From positions 14,548-78,547 of the forward strand of contig JAGPUW010000016.1 in the NCBI GenBank assembly GCA_018069465.1: a DNA stretch of 64,000 nucleotides, read 5' to 3'. Origin of the DNA: Gammaproteobacteria bacterium. GTDB lineage: Bacteria > Pseudomonadota > Gammaproteobacteria > Pseudomonadales > Porticoccaceae. Of the stretch, positions 52,342 through 61,210 are shown in pieces (within the stretch, counting starts at the first letter, position 1; each line of letters starts with the position of its first letter). Position numbers and translations under genes: made by a program. Below the pieces are notes generated by a model. That model made no database searches, was not told where the DNA came from, and saw only the letters and a program-made list of their open reading frames with translations.

Positions 52342-53295
52342 ATGGCGCAAGAAAGAAAATTAGTTTCTATAGTAGTACCTTTTTTCAACGAGGGCGAAGG
52401 GGTTGAATATTTCTACCAGGCTATTTGTACTATTTTCGATCAAGTACCTGACTACAGTTTCGAGGTGGTATGCGTAGATGACGGGAGTCATGACGATACA
52501 TTAAACAAGTTGATCGACATTGTTGGCCTTGATCCGCGTTTCCGTGTCATTGAGTTCTCGCGGAATTTTGGTAAGGAAGCCGCGCTAACCGCCGGTATCA
52601 ATGCTGCGAAAGGTGATGCTGTTATACCATTCGACGCCGATCTTCAAGACCCACCAGAATTGATTCCGACTCTGATCACGGAGTGGCAGCAAGGCGCAGA
52701 TGTTGTACTTGCCCGCAGAGTCGACCGAAGTGTTGATTCATTCCTTAAGAGGAAAACGGCTGGGATGTTCTACCGATTTCACAATCTTATTTCCTCAGTA
52801 AAAATTCCTGAAAATGTCGGCGATTTTCGGTTGATGAATCGTGCTGTAGTTGATGCGTTAAATCAACTTCCAGAACGGCAGCGTTTCATGAAGGGCTTGT
52901 TTGCTTGGGTAGGTTTCAAAACCGCAGTTGTGGATTACACGAGAAATTCGCGAGCAGTGGGTACAACGAAATTTTCAGGGTGGAAACTCTGGAACTTTGC
53001 CCTTGAAGGGTTTACCAGCTTTAGTACAACACCACTTAAAGTATGGTTCTATATTGGGGGTGTTGGGGCTCTTTTAACCTTTTTCTACGCTACATTCATT
53101 ATTTTGAGAACTTTGATATACGGTGTGGATATTCCCGGTTATGCCTCTTTATTGGTAGCAGTTTTATTTTTTGGCAGCCTTCAACTAATTAGCGTTGGAA
53201 TGTTGGGTGAATATATGGGGCGAATTTACATGGAAACTAAGCAGCGACCGCTATACGTTGTTCGAGCGCGATACGAGGATAAAAATGAACCCTGA
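52342..53295 (+). CDS. GT2 polyprenyl-phosphate glycosyltransferase (GtrB/ArnC/DPM1-like)
   Basis: VSIVVPFFNEGEG, VCVDDGSHDDT, DADLQDPPELI, and two C-terminal TM helices (VWFYIGGVGALLTFFYATFII; LLVAVLFFGSLQLISVGMLGEYMGRIY). This is the GtrB architecture. ATG 52342. Confidence 0.8.
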   Translation: MAQERKLVSIVVPFFNEGEGVEYFYQAICTIFDQVPDYSFEVVCVDDGSHDDTLNKLIDIVGLDPRFRVIEFSRNFGKEAALTAGINAAKGDAVIPFDADLQDPPELIPTLITEWQQGADVVLARRVDRSVDSFLKRKTAGMFYRFHNLISSVKIPENVGDFRLMNRAVVDALNQLPERQRFMKGLFAWVGFKTAVVDYTRNSRAVGTTKFSGWKLWNFALEGFTSFSTTPLKVWFYIGGVGALLTFFYATFIILRTLIYGVDIPGYASLLVAVLFFGSLQLISVGMLGEYMGRIYMETKQRPLYVVRARYEDKNEP

Positions 53296-54025
53296 TGCCT
53301 ATTTAGAAATGGCGGATACTGAAGCCCGTCATTGGTGGTTTACTGGTCGACGAGCCATACTGGCACATCTCATCGATACTTTTGATTTGCCCCCAAACGC
53401 AAGAATCCTAGAAATAGGTTCTGGCACTGGAGGGAATTTGCAAATGCTGTCCACTTTCGGACAAGTCAGCGCCCTGGAGATGGATGCCACTGCTCGTGAA
53501 ATAGCAATGAATAAAACAGGCAGGTGTTTTGATATACGTCCCGGTTTTTGCCCTACTGACATCCCTTTCGTCGGCGAGAAATTTGACTTGATTTGTCTTT
53601 TTGACGTGCTGGAACACATTGATGAGGATGTTGAAACACTCATAGCAGTGAAGGCGCTTCTGGCCGAAGGAGGTCGGGTTTTGGTAACTGTTCCTGCGTA
53701 TCGCTGGCTTTGGAGCGCTCACGATGTCTTTCTTCACCATAAGCGGCGTTATTCAAAGGCTGAGTTTAACCAAAAAATATTTACTTCAGGGCTGCATCCT
53801 GTGAAGATTTCACACTTCAATACTATTCTTTTTCCGCTTGCAGCCATTGTTCGAATGAAAGACAAGTTATTTGGTAACTCGTTAGCAAGCGGAAGTAGCA
53901 TCCCGCCGGCACCAATCAACCGTCTTTTTACAGCTATATTCAGAGGGGAGCGGTTGTTGCTATCAAAAATTAACCTCCCATTCGGAGTTTCGTTACTTGG
54001 TGTACTTCGTGCTGGGCACTTTTAA
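53285..54025 (+). CDS. Class I SAM-dependent methyltransferase
   Basis: ATG 53285 overlaps the GtrB-like stop by 11 nt. Contains HWWFTGRR, ILEIGSGTGGN and FDLICLFDVLEHIDED. Its stop lies 1 nt before the GtrA-like ATG. Confidence 0.75.
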   Translation: MNPDAYLEMADTEARHWWFTGRRAILAHLIDTFDLPPNARILEIGSGTGGNLQMLSTFGQVSALEMDATAREIAMNKTGRCFDIRPGFCPTDIPFVGEKFDLICLFDVLEHIDEDVETLIAVKALLAEGGRVLVTVPAYRWLWSAHDVFLHHKRRYSKAEFNQKIFTSGLHPVKISHFNTILFPLAAIVRMKDKLFGNSLASGSSIPPAPINRLFTAIFRGERLLLSKINLPFGVSLLGVLRAGHF

Positions 54026-54026
54026 T

Positions 54027-54404
54027 ATGGCCTCATCTAGACTCACAAGACAGGCCCAGCGATTTGCTCTCTCCGGTTTACTCGTAACGGGTATCCATGT
54101 ATTTTCAGCGTCGGGTCTTATTCTTCTGCTAGTTGTAGACCCTCCGATCGCCAATGGTCTGGCATTCGTAGTTGCAACTGTGTTTTCGTACACGATCAAT
54201 ACTCTGTGGAGCTTCTCCAGCCCTCTACACGGCAGAAACCTTATTCGTTTTATGGCGGTTTCAATGTTCGGTTGTTTTCTTGCCGTGAGTGTTGCTAGCG
54301 CTGCTCAACACTATGATTTGCACTATTTATACGGAATTGGGCTGGTTGCTTTAGTCGTTCCGCCAGCTACGTTTTTACTACATAGTTTTTGGACGTATAG
54401 ATGA
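54027..54404 (+). CDS. GtrA-family small membrane protein (putative lipid-linked sugar translocation component)
   Basis: 125 aa from ATG 54027 with four TM segments and GtrA-like motifs (RFALSGLLVTGIHV; FSYTINTLWSF). Confidence 0.75.
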   Translation: MASSRLTRQAQRFALSGLLVTGIHVFSASGLILLLVVDPPIANGLAFVVATVFSYTINTLWSFSSPLHGRNLIRFMAVSMFGCFLAVSVASAAQHYDLHYLYGIGLVALVVPPATFLLHSFWTYR

Positions 54405-54525
54405 TACATGTTGCTCTAGAAAGTATTTCACAAATACGTAAAAAAGAAATTTCTATACGACTAGTTTGGATCGAAAGAGGGTTTGGGTGGGCGCTTTTTT
54501 GGTCACTAAAGATTAGGGGTATTTC

Positions 54526-55371
54526 ATGTCAGTTGTAATAATTGGAGCAAGCGGCTATATCGGATCGTGCCTACTTGAGAAGGCACCTCTCGATTCCTGG
54601 GGTACGGCATCTAGTGGCCGTACCCCAGGCTTGATCGACTTTGATCTTGCGCATTCTGACGGGTTTCCGTGGCATCGATTATTTAAAGATGACGTTGTCG
54701 TTATGACTGCCGCTATCTCGTCGCCCGATATTTGTGCGCATGAGCATGCACGTGCCTGGGCTGTGAATGTAACGGGCACATCGGAATTCATCACTAATGT
54801 GATTGCGCGTGGAGGTCGCGTTATTTTTTTCTCCAGTGATGCCGCCTATGGTGAACACAGCGATATATTTGACGAAAATACAGTAAGTCATCCAGTTGGT
54901 GAATATGCTGTGATGAAGCATGAGGTTGAAAAACGATTTCAGGGTAATCCATCCTTTAAGAGCATCCGTCTCTCCTATGTTTTTTCGAAGGAAGATAAAT
55001 TCACTCAGTACCTAAATGGCTGTGCTTCAAGTGGTGAAGAGGCCGAGTTGTTCCACCCGTTCTATCGGGCAATCGTTCACCGTGACGATGTTATTGATGG
55101 AGCGCTCGCACTTGCCACGAGGTGGGACGAGTTCCCTCAGCAGATTATTAACTTTGGTGGTCCCGAGGTGCTTTCAAGAATTGACTTTGCTCAATGTTTG
55201 AAGAATGCTGCATTGCCTAATCTGCGATTTATTGTAAAGGATCCCGGGCCAGATTTTTTTAACAATCGACCGCGAGTTATTGCGATGTCGTCTGAGGTTT
55301 TGCCGAAGCTACTTGCTCGGCCTTCCCACACCTTGGCTGAAGCAGTAAAAATTGAGTTCTTATCAAAGTAG
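54526..55371 (+). CDS. Extended SDR, RmlD-like reductase; candidate GDP-6-deoxy-4-keto-heptose 4-reductase (DmhB/WcbJ-like)
   Basis: 281 aa with Rossmann motif IIGASGYIGS and catalytic YAVMK. The function is inferred from its position directly upstream of the 4,6-dehydratase and the heptose activation genes. Confidence 0.55.
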   Translation: MSVVIIGASGYIGSCLLEKAPLDSWGTASSGRTPGLIDFDLAHSDGFPWHRLFKDDVVVMTAAISSPDICAHEHARAWAVNVTGTSEFITNVIARGGRVIFFSSDAAYGEHSDIFDENTVSHPVGEYAVMKHEVEKRFQGNPSFKSIRLSYVFSKEDKFTQYLNGCASSGEEAELFHPFYRAIVHRDDVIDGALALATRWDEFPQQIINFGGPEVLSRIDFAQCLKNAALPNLRFIVKDPGPDFFNNRPRVIAMSSEVLPKLLARPSHTLAEAVKIEFLSK

Positions 55372-55410
55372 ATTTTACAGGGTATTGAGTTGTCATTTTA
55401 GAGGGAAAAG

Positions 55411-56442
55411 ATGAGAAAAAAATTATTGATAACGGGCATTACCGGTCAGGTGGGGTCTCAACTGGCAGATTATGTTTTAGAAAATACTGAATATGACGTT
55501 GTCGGGATGATGCGTTGGCAGGAGCCGATGGATAATCTGTATCACCTGGCGGGCAGGATTAATAGCAAGGATAGAATTAGTGTCTATTATGCAGACCTGA
55601 ATGATTCTGCGGCCATATCCCGAATGCTTCGGGATATAAAGCCGGAATTCATTTCCCACCTAGCTGCTCAGTCCTACCCTAAAACATCGTTCAATATTCC
55701 GATTGAAACTTTGCAGACCAATATTATTGGTACGGCAAATCTACTGGAGAATATTCGGCAACTAAAGGAAATCGACGGGTATGACCCCGTCGTGCACGTG
55801 TGTTCTTCTAGCGAAGTTTACGGCAAGGCGAAACCCGGTATGCCGCTGTCAGAAGATACTAACTTTCATGGGGCAAGTCCCTATAGTATAAGTAAAATTG
55901 GAGCGGACTATTTAGCCCAATTTTATGGGGAGGCCTATGGAATACGGACATTTATTACAAGAATGGGCACGCACTCCGGCCCCAGGCGGAGTGATGTTTT
56001 TTTTGAAAGCACTGTAGCTAAGCAGATTGCTTTGATTGAGGCTGGTCTGCAGGAGCCTTTTATTAAGGTTGGCAATTTATCAAGCACAAGAACTTTTCAG
56101 GATGCTAGAGACGCTGTCAGGGCATATTTTTTACTTCTCGAGGAAAGCGAGAAGGGGAATATAAAATGTGGTGACTATTTCAATATTGCTGGCGAAGAAG
56201 CCTTTAAATTACCTGAAGTGATTGAGCTTTTCTTAAGCATGAGTGCGCGGCAAGATATTAAGGTTGTTACGGATGAAGAAAGAATGCGTCCGATTGATGC
56301 TGACTATCAAATGTTTGATAACACCAAGATTCGCATGGCGATCGACTGGAAGCCTGAGATACCTGCCAGGCAAATGTTTAGCGACTTACTGAATCACTGG
56401 AGGGATGAAATTTCCAAAGGGAAGATACCTCTAAACAGGTGA
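55411..56442 (+). CDS. GDP-sugar 4,6-dehydratase, GDP-D-glycero-alpha-D-manno-heptose dehydratase type (DmhA/WcbK-like)
   Basis: 343 aa with LITGITGQVGSQLADYVLENT.YDV.GMMRWQEPMDN, HLAAQSYPKTSF, SSSEVYG, the YSISK catalytic motif and GTHSGPRRSDVFFES. This closely resembles the heptose-specific Gmd paralogues of Campylobacter, Burkholderia and Yersinia as I remember them. Confidence 0.7.
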   Translation: MRKKLLITGITGQVGSQLADYVLENTEYDVVGMMRWQEPMDNLYHLAGRINSKDRISVYYADLNDSAAISRMLRDIKPEFISHLAAQSYPKTSFNIPIETLQTNIIGTANLLENIRQLKEIDGYDPVVHVCSSSEVYGKAKPGMPLSEDTNFHGASPYSISKIGADYLAQFYGEAYGIRTFITRMGTHSGPRRSDVFFESTVAKQIALIEAGLQEPFIKVGNLSSTRTFQDARDAVRAYFLLLEESEKGNIKCGDYFNIAGEEAFKLPEVIELFLSMSARQDIKVVTDEERMRPIDADYQMFDNTKIRMAIDWKPEIPARQMFSDLLNHWRDEISKGKIPLNR

Positions 56443-56499
56443 CTGATTTGGCTCTTTGTCGAGTGGCGATCGCTACGAATAAATTTTGGAATATAAATA

Positions 56500-57528
56500 A
56501 TGATCATAAGAGCACGCGCACCCTTGCGCCTTGGCTTGGCCGGCGGCGGCACCGATGTTTCACCTTATTGCGACACGCACGGCGGCTATGTTCTCAATGC
56601 TACGATTGACCGTTACGCCTATGCCGTCATTAAAACCTTGGATGTACCGGAGGTGCGTTTCTTAGCCACCGATCAGCAGGTGGTCAAGGTTAAGCCGGTA
56701 GGTGAGCCTTATGCCCTGAACGGTAAGCTCGATCTGCACAAGGCGGTTTATAACCATATGGTGGAGCACTATAACGGCGGACAGCCCATTCCTTTGGAGC
56801 TGAGTACCTTTTGCGATGCACCGGCGGGGTCTGGCCTCGGGTCATCCTCTACCCTGGTGGTGGTGATGATTCGCGCGTTTGCGGAGTTACTGAATCTACC
56901 TCTTGATGACTACACGATTGCTCACCTGGCCTACAAACTTGAGCGTGTGGATTGTGGTTTGCTAGGAGGGCGGCAGGATCAGTATTCAGCTACTTTTGGC
57001 GGCTTCAATTTCATGGAGTTTTATGCCGATGAGCGCGCGGTGATTAATCCTTTACGTGTTAAGAACTGGATTATTTGCGAGTTGGAAGCTTCTTTGCTGC
57101 TGTTTTATACAGGTGTTTCGCGTGAGTCGGCCAAAATTATTGCTGACCAAAGTAGTAATGTGAAAACGGGCTTGGTCAATACTATGGATGCGATGCATGG
57201 TATTAAGCAAGAAGCACTTGTTATGAAGGAGTGCCTTTTAAGAGGCGATTTTGGTGGCATAGTTGATTCGATGCGCCAAGGCTGGGAAAGTAAAAAGCGC
57301 TCTGCTGAGACTGTATCTAACCCCCATATCGATTCTGTTTATGATGCGGCCATCAACTCTGGAGCATTGGCGGGCAAAGTGTCTGGTGCTGGTGGCGGTG
57401 GTTTTATGATGTTTTTTGTGCCCCCCGACAAGCGGATGGATGTGGTCAGAGCATTGAATTGCTTTGAGGGTCAAGTGAGTAACTGTCATTTCACCAAGCA
57501 TGGCACGCAGGCATGGAGAGTTGAATGA
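56500..57528 (+). CDS. hddA: GHMP-family D-glycero-alpha-D-manno-heptose 7-phosphate kinase (HddA/WcbL-like)
   Basis: 342 aa, [20 protein letters not shown], with GHMP motif [10 protein letters not shown] and C-terminal [11 protein letters not shown]. Overlaps gmhA (ATGA). Confidence 0.8.
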   Translation: MIIRARAPLRLGLAGGGTDVSPYCDTHGGYVLNATIDRYAYAVIKTLDVPEVRFLATDQQVVKVKPVGEPYALNGKLDLHKAVYNHMVEHYNGGQPIPLELSTFCDAPAGSGLGSSSTLVVVMIRAFAELLNLPLDDYTIAHLAYKLERVDCGLLGGRQDQYSATFGGFNFMEFYADERAVINPLRVKNWIICELEASLLLFYTGVSRESAKIIADQSSNVKTGLVNTMDAMHGIKQEALVMKECLLRGDFGGIVDSMRQGWESKKRSAETVSNPHIDSVYDAAINSGALAGKVSGAGGGGFMMFFVPPDKRMDVVRALNCFEGQVSNCHFTKHGTQAWRVE

Positions 57529-58109
57529 ATAGCTATATCACAGCACAAATAGCCGAAACCCAAAGGCTGATGACTGCCATGCTGGCAGATGCCTTGTTGC
57601 TGGCAAAGGTGGAGGCTGCGGCCCAGGCATGTATTGACTGTATGAAGGCTGGGGGCAAAATATTGTTGGCAGGGAATGGTGGCAGTGCCGCCGATGCACA
57701 GCATATTGCCGGTGAGTTTGTTAGCCGTTTTGCTTTTGACCGGCCAGGGCTACCTGCGGTTGCGTTGACAACCGACTCATCGATTCTTACTGCCATTGGT
57801 AATGACTATGGCTATGAAAAGCTGTTTGCCCGCCAGGTTCAGGCATTAGGTAATCAAGGCGATGTTTTTATCGGTTATTCAACTTCGGGTCGCTCGCCCA
57901 ATATACTTCTAGCACTCGAGGAGGCTCGATCATCTGGCCTGGTATGCATTGGCTTGACGGGTAATCGAGGAGGAGTGATAGGCGAATTGTGCGATTATTT
58001 GTTGGAAGTGCCGTCCAGTGATACGCCAAAAATTCAGGAGGGGCACCTGGTGCTGGGCCATACTTTGTGCGGCCTGGTTGAAAATCATATCTTTACACCT
58101 TCAGCATGA
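57525..58109 (+). CDS. gmhA: Sedoheptulose 7-phosphate isomerase GmhA (SIS)
   Basis: 194 aa with [37 protein letters not shown] and EGHLVLGH. Overlaps the next gene (ATGA). Confidence 0.85.
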   Translation: MNSYITAQIAETQRLMTAMLADALLLAKVEAAAQACIDCMKAGGKILLAGNGGSAADAQHIAGEFVSRFAFDRPGLPAVALTTDSSILTAIGNDYGYEKLFARQVQALGNQGDVFIGYSTSGRSPNILLALEEARSSGLVCIGLTGNRGGVIGELCDYLLEVPSSDTPKIQEGHLVLGHTLCGLVENHIFTPSA

Positions 58110-58801
58110 AGGCGATTGTACTTGCCGGTGGATTTGGTACGCGACTTCGCGAACGAGTACCTGATTTACCTAAACCCATGGCTCCGGTGGCGGGCCGCCC
58201 TTTTCTGGAATATGTTCTCGACAAGTTGGTGTTAGGGGGCGTGAGTGAAATCATTCTTTCAGTGGGATATAAAGCCAATATCATTATTGAGCATTTCGGC
58301 GATGTTTATCGCAATGTTGCCGTTAGTTATGCAGTTGAGGAAGAGCCCTTGGGGACAGGTGGCGCAATTTTTCATGCGCTTAAAGGCCAGGGTGAGGAAG
58401 CTACTCTTGTACTGAATGGCGATACCTTTTTAGATGTTGACTATAGGGAGCTTATCCTTTGGTACGCTCAATCACCTACACAAGTCGCGATGGTGTTAAG
58501 GGAAGTGCCGGATGTGGCCCGTTATGGTTCTGTGCTGGTTTCAGGTGAACAGGTTTCTAGCTTTGTGGAGAAGGGCAAGGCTGGCTCTGGTTTGATAAAC
58601 GCGGGTGTTTATTTTATTAATCCAGGTGTTTTTGGAACTTACTCCCTCTCCGGGAAATTTGAATTGGAGGCTGATTTACTCCAAAGGCACTGTCGTACAT
58701 TAACCCCCCGAGCTTTTATCAGCGATACTTTTTTTATTGATATCGGCGTGCCGGATGATTACGACCGTGCTCAGCACGAACTTCCAGCTCTATTACGATA
58801 G
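58106..58801 (+). CDS. hddC: D-glycero-alpha-D-manno-heptose 1-phosphate guanylyltransferase (HddC/WcbM-like)
   Basis: 231 aa with nucleotidyltransferase motif [15 protein letters not shown]...PKPM, GTGGA, NGDTF and [11 protein letters not shown]. Confidence 0.8.
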   Translation: MKAIVLAGGFGTRLRERVPDLPKPMAPVAGRPFLEYVLDKLVLGGVSEIILSVGYKANIIIEHFGDVYRNVAVSYAVEEEPLGTGGAIFHALKGQGEEATLVLNGDTFLDVDYRELILWYAQSPTQVAMVLREVPDVARYGSVLVSGEQVSSFVEKGKAGSGLINAGVYFINPGVFGTYSLSGKFELEADLLQRHCRTLTPRAFISDTFFIDIGVPDDYDRAQHELPALLR

Positions 58802-58855
58802 ACGGGGTGTTGGAGTTAATGTTGGTTGAATTTCCTATTGAATAATAGTCATTTT

Positions 58856-58873
58856 GCGCATTTTCGAATGCGC
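58856..58873. terminator. Perfect 7-bp hairpin between convergent hddC and the GT2 gene (possible terminator)
   Basis: GCGCATTttcgAATGCGC, overlapping the GT2 stop codon by 1 nt. There is no clear U-run on either strand. Confidence 0.35.
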
Positions 58874-59889
58874 TACATCTTCCCCATGACAGCTGCAAAC
58901 ATCAGCCCTAATCCGCCGACTATTGTCTGGCGGTAAACACCAGATGCCAAAAGACGCGTAACCCTGGTTAGAATATTACCGCTGCGCGCCTTTCTAAAAG
59001 CATCAAGAATAGCCTTGTTTTCAGGAGTAAGGAGTTCACTTGCCTTTTGTAATGCTTCAATATTAATGTCATTCCATCTTTTAAAGCGCCCCTCCAGTAA
59101 CAGCTTGATACGTTTACTACTTGCTCGCCAACCGGGTGGGGCGCCCAATACATTTTGATCGTGTTGCCGGTATAAGACTCGCGGTTCAGTGTCGTATAGC
59201 ACAACGCCGCCCACGGCATTAACCATGATGTAGGCCCACCAGTCGTGACTTGCGATATTTACCAGGCCGATCTTGCAGAGAATATCGCGCGCGGCTTTAT
59301 TCATTACCATGGTGTTACCGCTTGCCAGGCTCTGCACTAATGCATTATTGAAGCTTGGCCGTCTTTTATATAATGGTGAGTAGCCTGTTTTATTATTGGC
59401 CTCATCGATTAGTCGTGTGCGGGCGCAATACAGTGTGGGGACATCAGCAGGTATTGCCTGTAATTGCGAAAGGGCTTGTGAAAGTTTGTCGGCTTGCCAA
59501 ATATCATCCTGATCGGCAAAGGCAAAAAAATCACCTTGTATATTTGGGTTACAGGTTAGCGACAGGAAGTTAGCGGCGAAGCCTTCTTGTGGGCCGCTGG
59601 TGATATGAAGTTTGTTTTCGCCCCACGCAGTGCGATAGGTATTGAGGATGTCCAGGGTTGAGTCTGTGGAGCCATCGTCAGAGGCCCATATCTTGAAGTT
59701 CTGGTGTTCCTGTTTATCAATTGAGTCTAATTGCTCTTTTAGAAAGCGAGCGCCGTTATAGGTGCATAACAGTATGGCGACGAGGGGCATGTCAGCAGGT
59801 TTTCCTGGGTTGATAAGGCTTGCGGTGTTAGCTTTTTGAGAGGTGTCTTTAGGTGCTTTATTACTGCTGTTAATGTCTGGCGCTGTCAT
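58873..59889 (-). CDS. GT2 family glycosyltransferase
   Basis: 338 aa with VAILLCTYNGARFL, ASDDGSTDST and FADQDDIW (DxD). It is the only island biosynthesis gene on the minus strand. Confidence 0.8.
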   Translation of the reverse strand: MTAPDINSSNKAPKDTSQKANTASLINPGKPADMPLVAILLCTYNGARFLKEQLDSIDKQEHQNFKIWASDDGSTDSTLDILNTYRTAWGENKLHITSGPQEGFAANFLSLTCNPNIQGDFFAFADQDDIWQADKLSQALSQLQAIPADVPTLYCARTRLIDEANNKTGYSPLYKRRPSFNNALVQSLASGNTMVMNKAARDILCKIGLVNIASHDWWAYIMVNAVGGVVLYDTEPRVLYRQHDQNVLGAPPGWRASSKRIKLLLEGRFKRWNDINIEALQKASELLTPENKAILDAFRKARSGNILTRVTRLLASGVYRQTIVGGLGLMFAAVMGKM

Positions 59890-59982
59890 TGATGGCTCGG
59901 ACTTCCATTTCGTTAGGGAGTAAATAGGGCCGCAGCAGGGATTGTACCTGATTTGATTTGAGCTGCTTTGCGAGGCCAGCGC

Positions 59983-60099
59983 TTTGCATAAAGGTAAGCT
60001 GCACTCGCAAGATAGCCTGGTTGACCCCGCCGATGAGCGGTGGTCGGTTGAAGAGTGACTTTACTCGATACCCATGCCTTAGTTTGCTTGTCAGAAGGT
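59983..60099 (+). pseudogene. Relic copy of the phd/vapC junction (last ~24 codons of the antitoxin plus first ~15 codons of the PIN toxin)
   Basis: 117 bp aligning without gaps to 61135-61251, with 7 mismatches by my hand count. The antitoxin-frame reading LHKGKLHSQDSLVDPADERWSVEE-stop is preceded by an in-frame TGA at 59954-59956. The vapC-frame reading VTLLDTHALVCLSEG then diverges and stops after 28 codons. Confidence 0.75.
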
Positions 60100-60128
60100 T
60101 TGATTGTTATAGATGCGATGTTTATACT
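60100..60128 (+). promoter_or_regulatory. Candidate sigma-70 promoter of mazEF
   Basis: TTGATT (60100-60105), 17-nt spacer, TATACT (60123-60128). AGGAG RBS at 60153-60157 and ATG at 60163. The -35 element starts immediately after the relic repeat. Confidence 0.4.
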
Positions 60129-60162
60129 TGTGTCTATACGTTAGTTTCAAATAGGAGTCGGC

Positions 60163-60417
60163 ATGACAGAAGTAACCTTAGATATAAAGAAATGGGGTAA
60201 TAGTTTAGGGGTGCGATTACCCGCTGTTATTGCTCGTGAGGCAAACTTGCATTCTGATCAGCGAGTACGAATTTCTATTATCGATAAACAAATTATTATC
60301 ACACCCATTGTAAGTGAAGCGCTGACATTGGAGGAGCGACTCGCTAATTTTGATCCTGCGGTTCATGGCGGTGAAGCTATGTCTGTTTCAGAATCTGTGG
60401 GCGCTGAGAAGTGGTAA
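60163..60417 (+). CDS. mazE: MazE-family (AbrB/SpoVT fold) antitoxin
   Basis: 84 aa, IKKWGNSLGVRLPAVIAREANL..DQRV.ISI.D..IIITP, with an acidic C-terminal tail ending in W, like E. coli MazE. Confidence 0.85.
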   Translation: MTEVTLDIKKWGNSLGVRLPAVIAREANLHSDQRVRISIIDKQIIITPIVSEALTLEERLANFDPAVHGGEAMSVSESVGAEKW

Positions 60418-60788
60418 CAAGAACTGCAAAGTGGTCGCCTAATCGTCAGGATATTATTTGGATTGACTGTAATCCTCAATCGGGACATGAAATGAGGGAT
60501 GTCCATCCTTTTTTGGTGTTAAGTCCGAAAATTTTTAATGATAAAACATCATTGGTGATCGGTTTGCCGATGACTACAGCTGAATATAATGCTGATAACC
60601 CTTTTGCGCTTGCTGTGGGGAATGCGTCTGGAAAAAAGGTAAATAAAACAAGTTATGTACTTTGCCATCAACCAAAATCATTTGATTGGCGTTCCCGCCA
60701 GGCAAAACCACATCCTTTAGGTGTCATGAATGACGCCTTGTTTTCTCAAGTCTGTGACCGACTTAATCAGATTATCCAGCTTGCATGA
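60411..60788 (+). CDS. mazF: MazF/PemK-family endoribonuclease toxin
   Basis: 125 aa from a GTG start overlapping the mazE stop. P.RQDIIWIDCNPQSGHEM...HPFLVLSPKIFNDKTSLVIGLPMTT...Q.KSFDWR.R aligns with E. coli MazF (GDLIWVDFDPTKGSEQAGHRPAVVLSP..YNNKTGMCLCVPCTT..QVKSIAWRAR). Confidence 0.85.
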   Translation: MVTRTAKWSPNRQDIIWIDCNPQSGHEMRDVHPFLVLSPKIFNDKTSLVIGLPMTTAEYNADNPFALAVGNASGKKVNKTSYVLCHQPKSFDWRSRQAKPHPLGVMNDALFSQVCDRLNQIIQLA

Positions 60789-60921
60789 AAAGATCACGGT
60801 AAAGGGCTTTGCCCCCTTTATCGACACCTTTAATCCATTTTATATGAAGCCAGCCCCTATTGAGTATGATGTTGGCGGCTCGTTTAGCCAATTACGCCTA
60901 TGAACCTTTTCGGCCCTGCTG

Positions 60922-60949
60922 TTGTTAAGATGATAAATATGACTATAAT
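60922..60949 (+). promoter_or_regulatory. Candidate sigma-70 promoter of phd-vapC
   Basis: TTGTTA (60922-60927), 16-nt spacer, TATAAT (60944-60949). The -10 element is embedded in ATGACtataatcATGAC direct half-sites. GGAGG RBS and GTG at 60983. Confidence 0.45.
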
Positions 60950-60982
60950 CATGACCATAGTTGTTGTTTTTGGAGGTGTCTC

Positions 60983-61210
60983 GTGCAAGTGATTAAAGCG
61001 TCAGAATTTAAAGCAAAGTGTCTTCATTTGATGGATGTGGTTAACGAAACGAATGAGGAAATAATCATCACTAAAAACGGCAAACCTGTTTCAAGGTTGC
61101 TGCCGTATAAGCAGCGGGTCGATTCTTTATTCGGTTTGCATAAAGGTAAGCTGCACTCGCAAGATAGCCTGGTTGACCCCGTCGATGAGCAGTGGTCGGT
61201 CGAAGAGTGA
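60983..61210 (+). CDS. Phd/YefM-family type II antitoxin
   Basis: 75 aa, VIKASEFKAKCLHLMDVVNETNEEIIITKNGKPVSRLLPY is the typical Phd/YefM N-domain. Its stop overlaps the vapC GTG (GTGA). Confidence 0.8.
   Translation: MQVIKASEFKAKCLHLMDVVNETNEEIIITKNGKPVSRLLPYKQRVDSLFGLHKGKLHSQDSLVDPVDEQWSVEE

Noticed and set aside
59958-60200. An 80-aa ORF spanning the region upstream of mazE
   Set aside because: It runs across the phd/vapC relic in a third frame and into mazE. It is Cys/Arg-rich with no RBS. The homology-bearing frames of the relic are both interrupted, so nothing here is likely to be translated.
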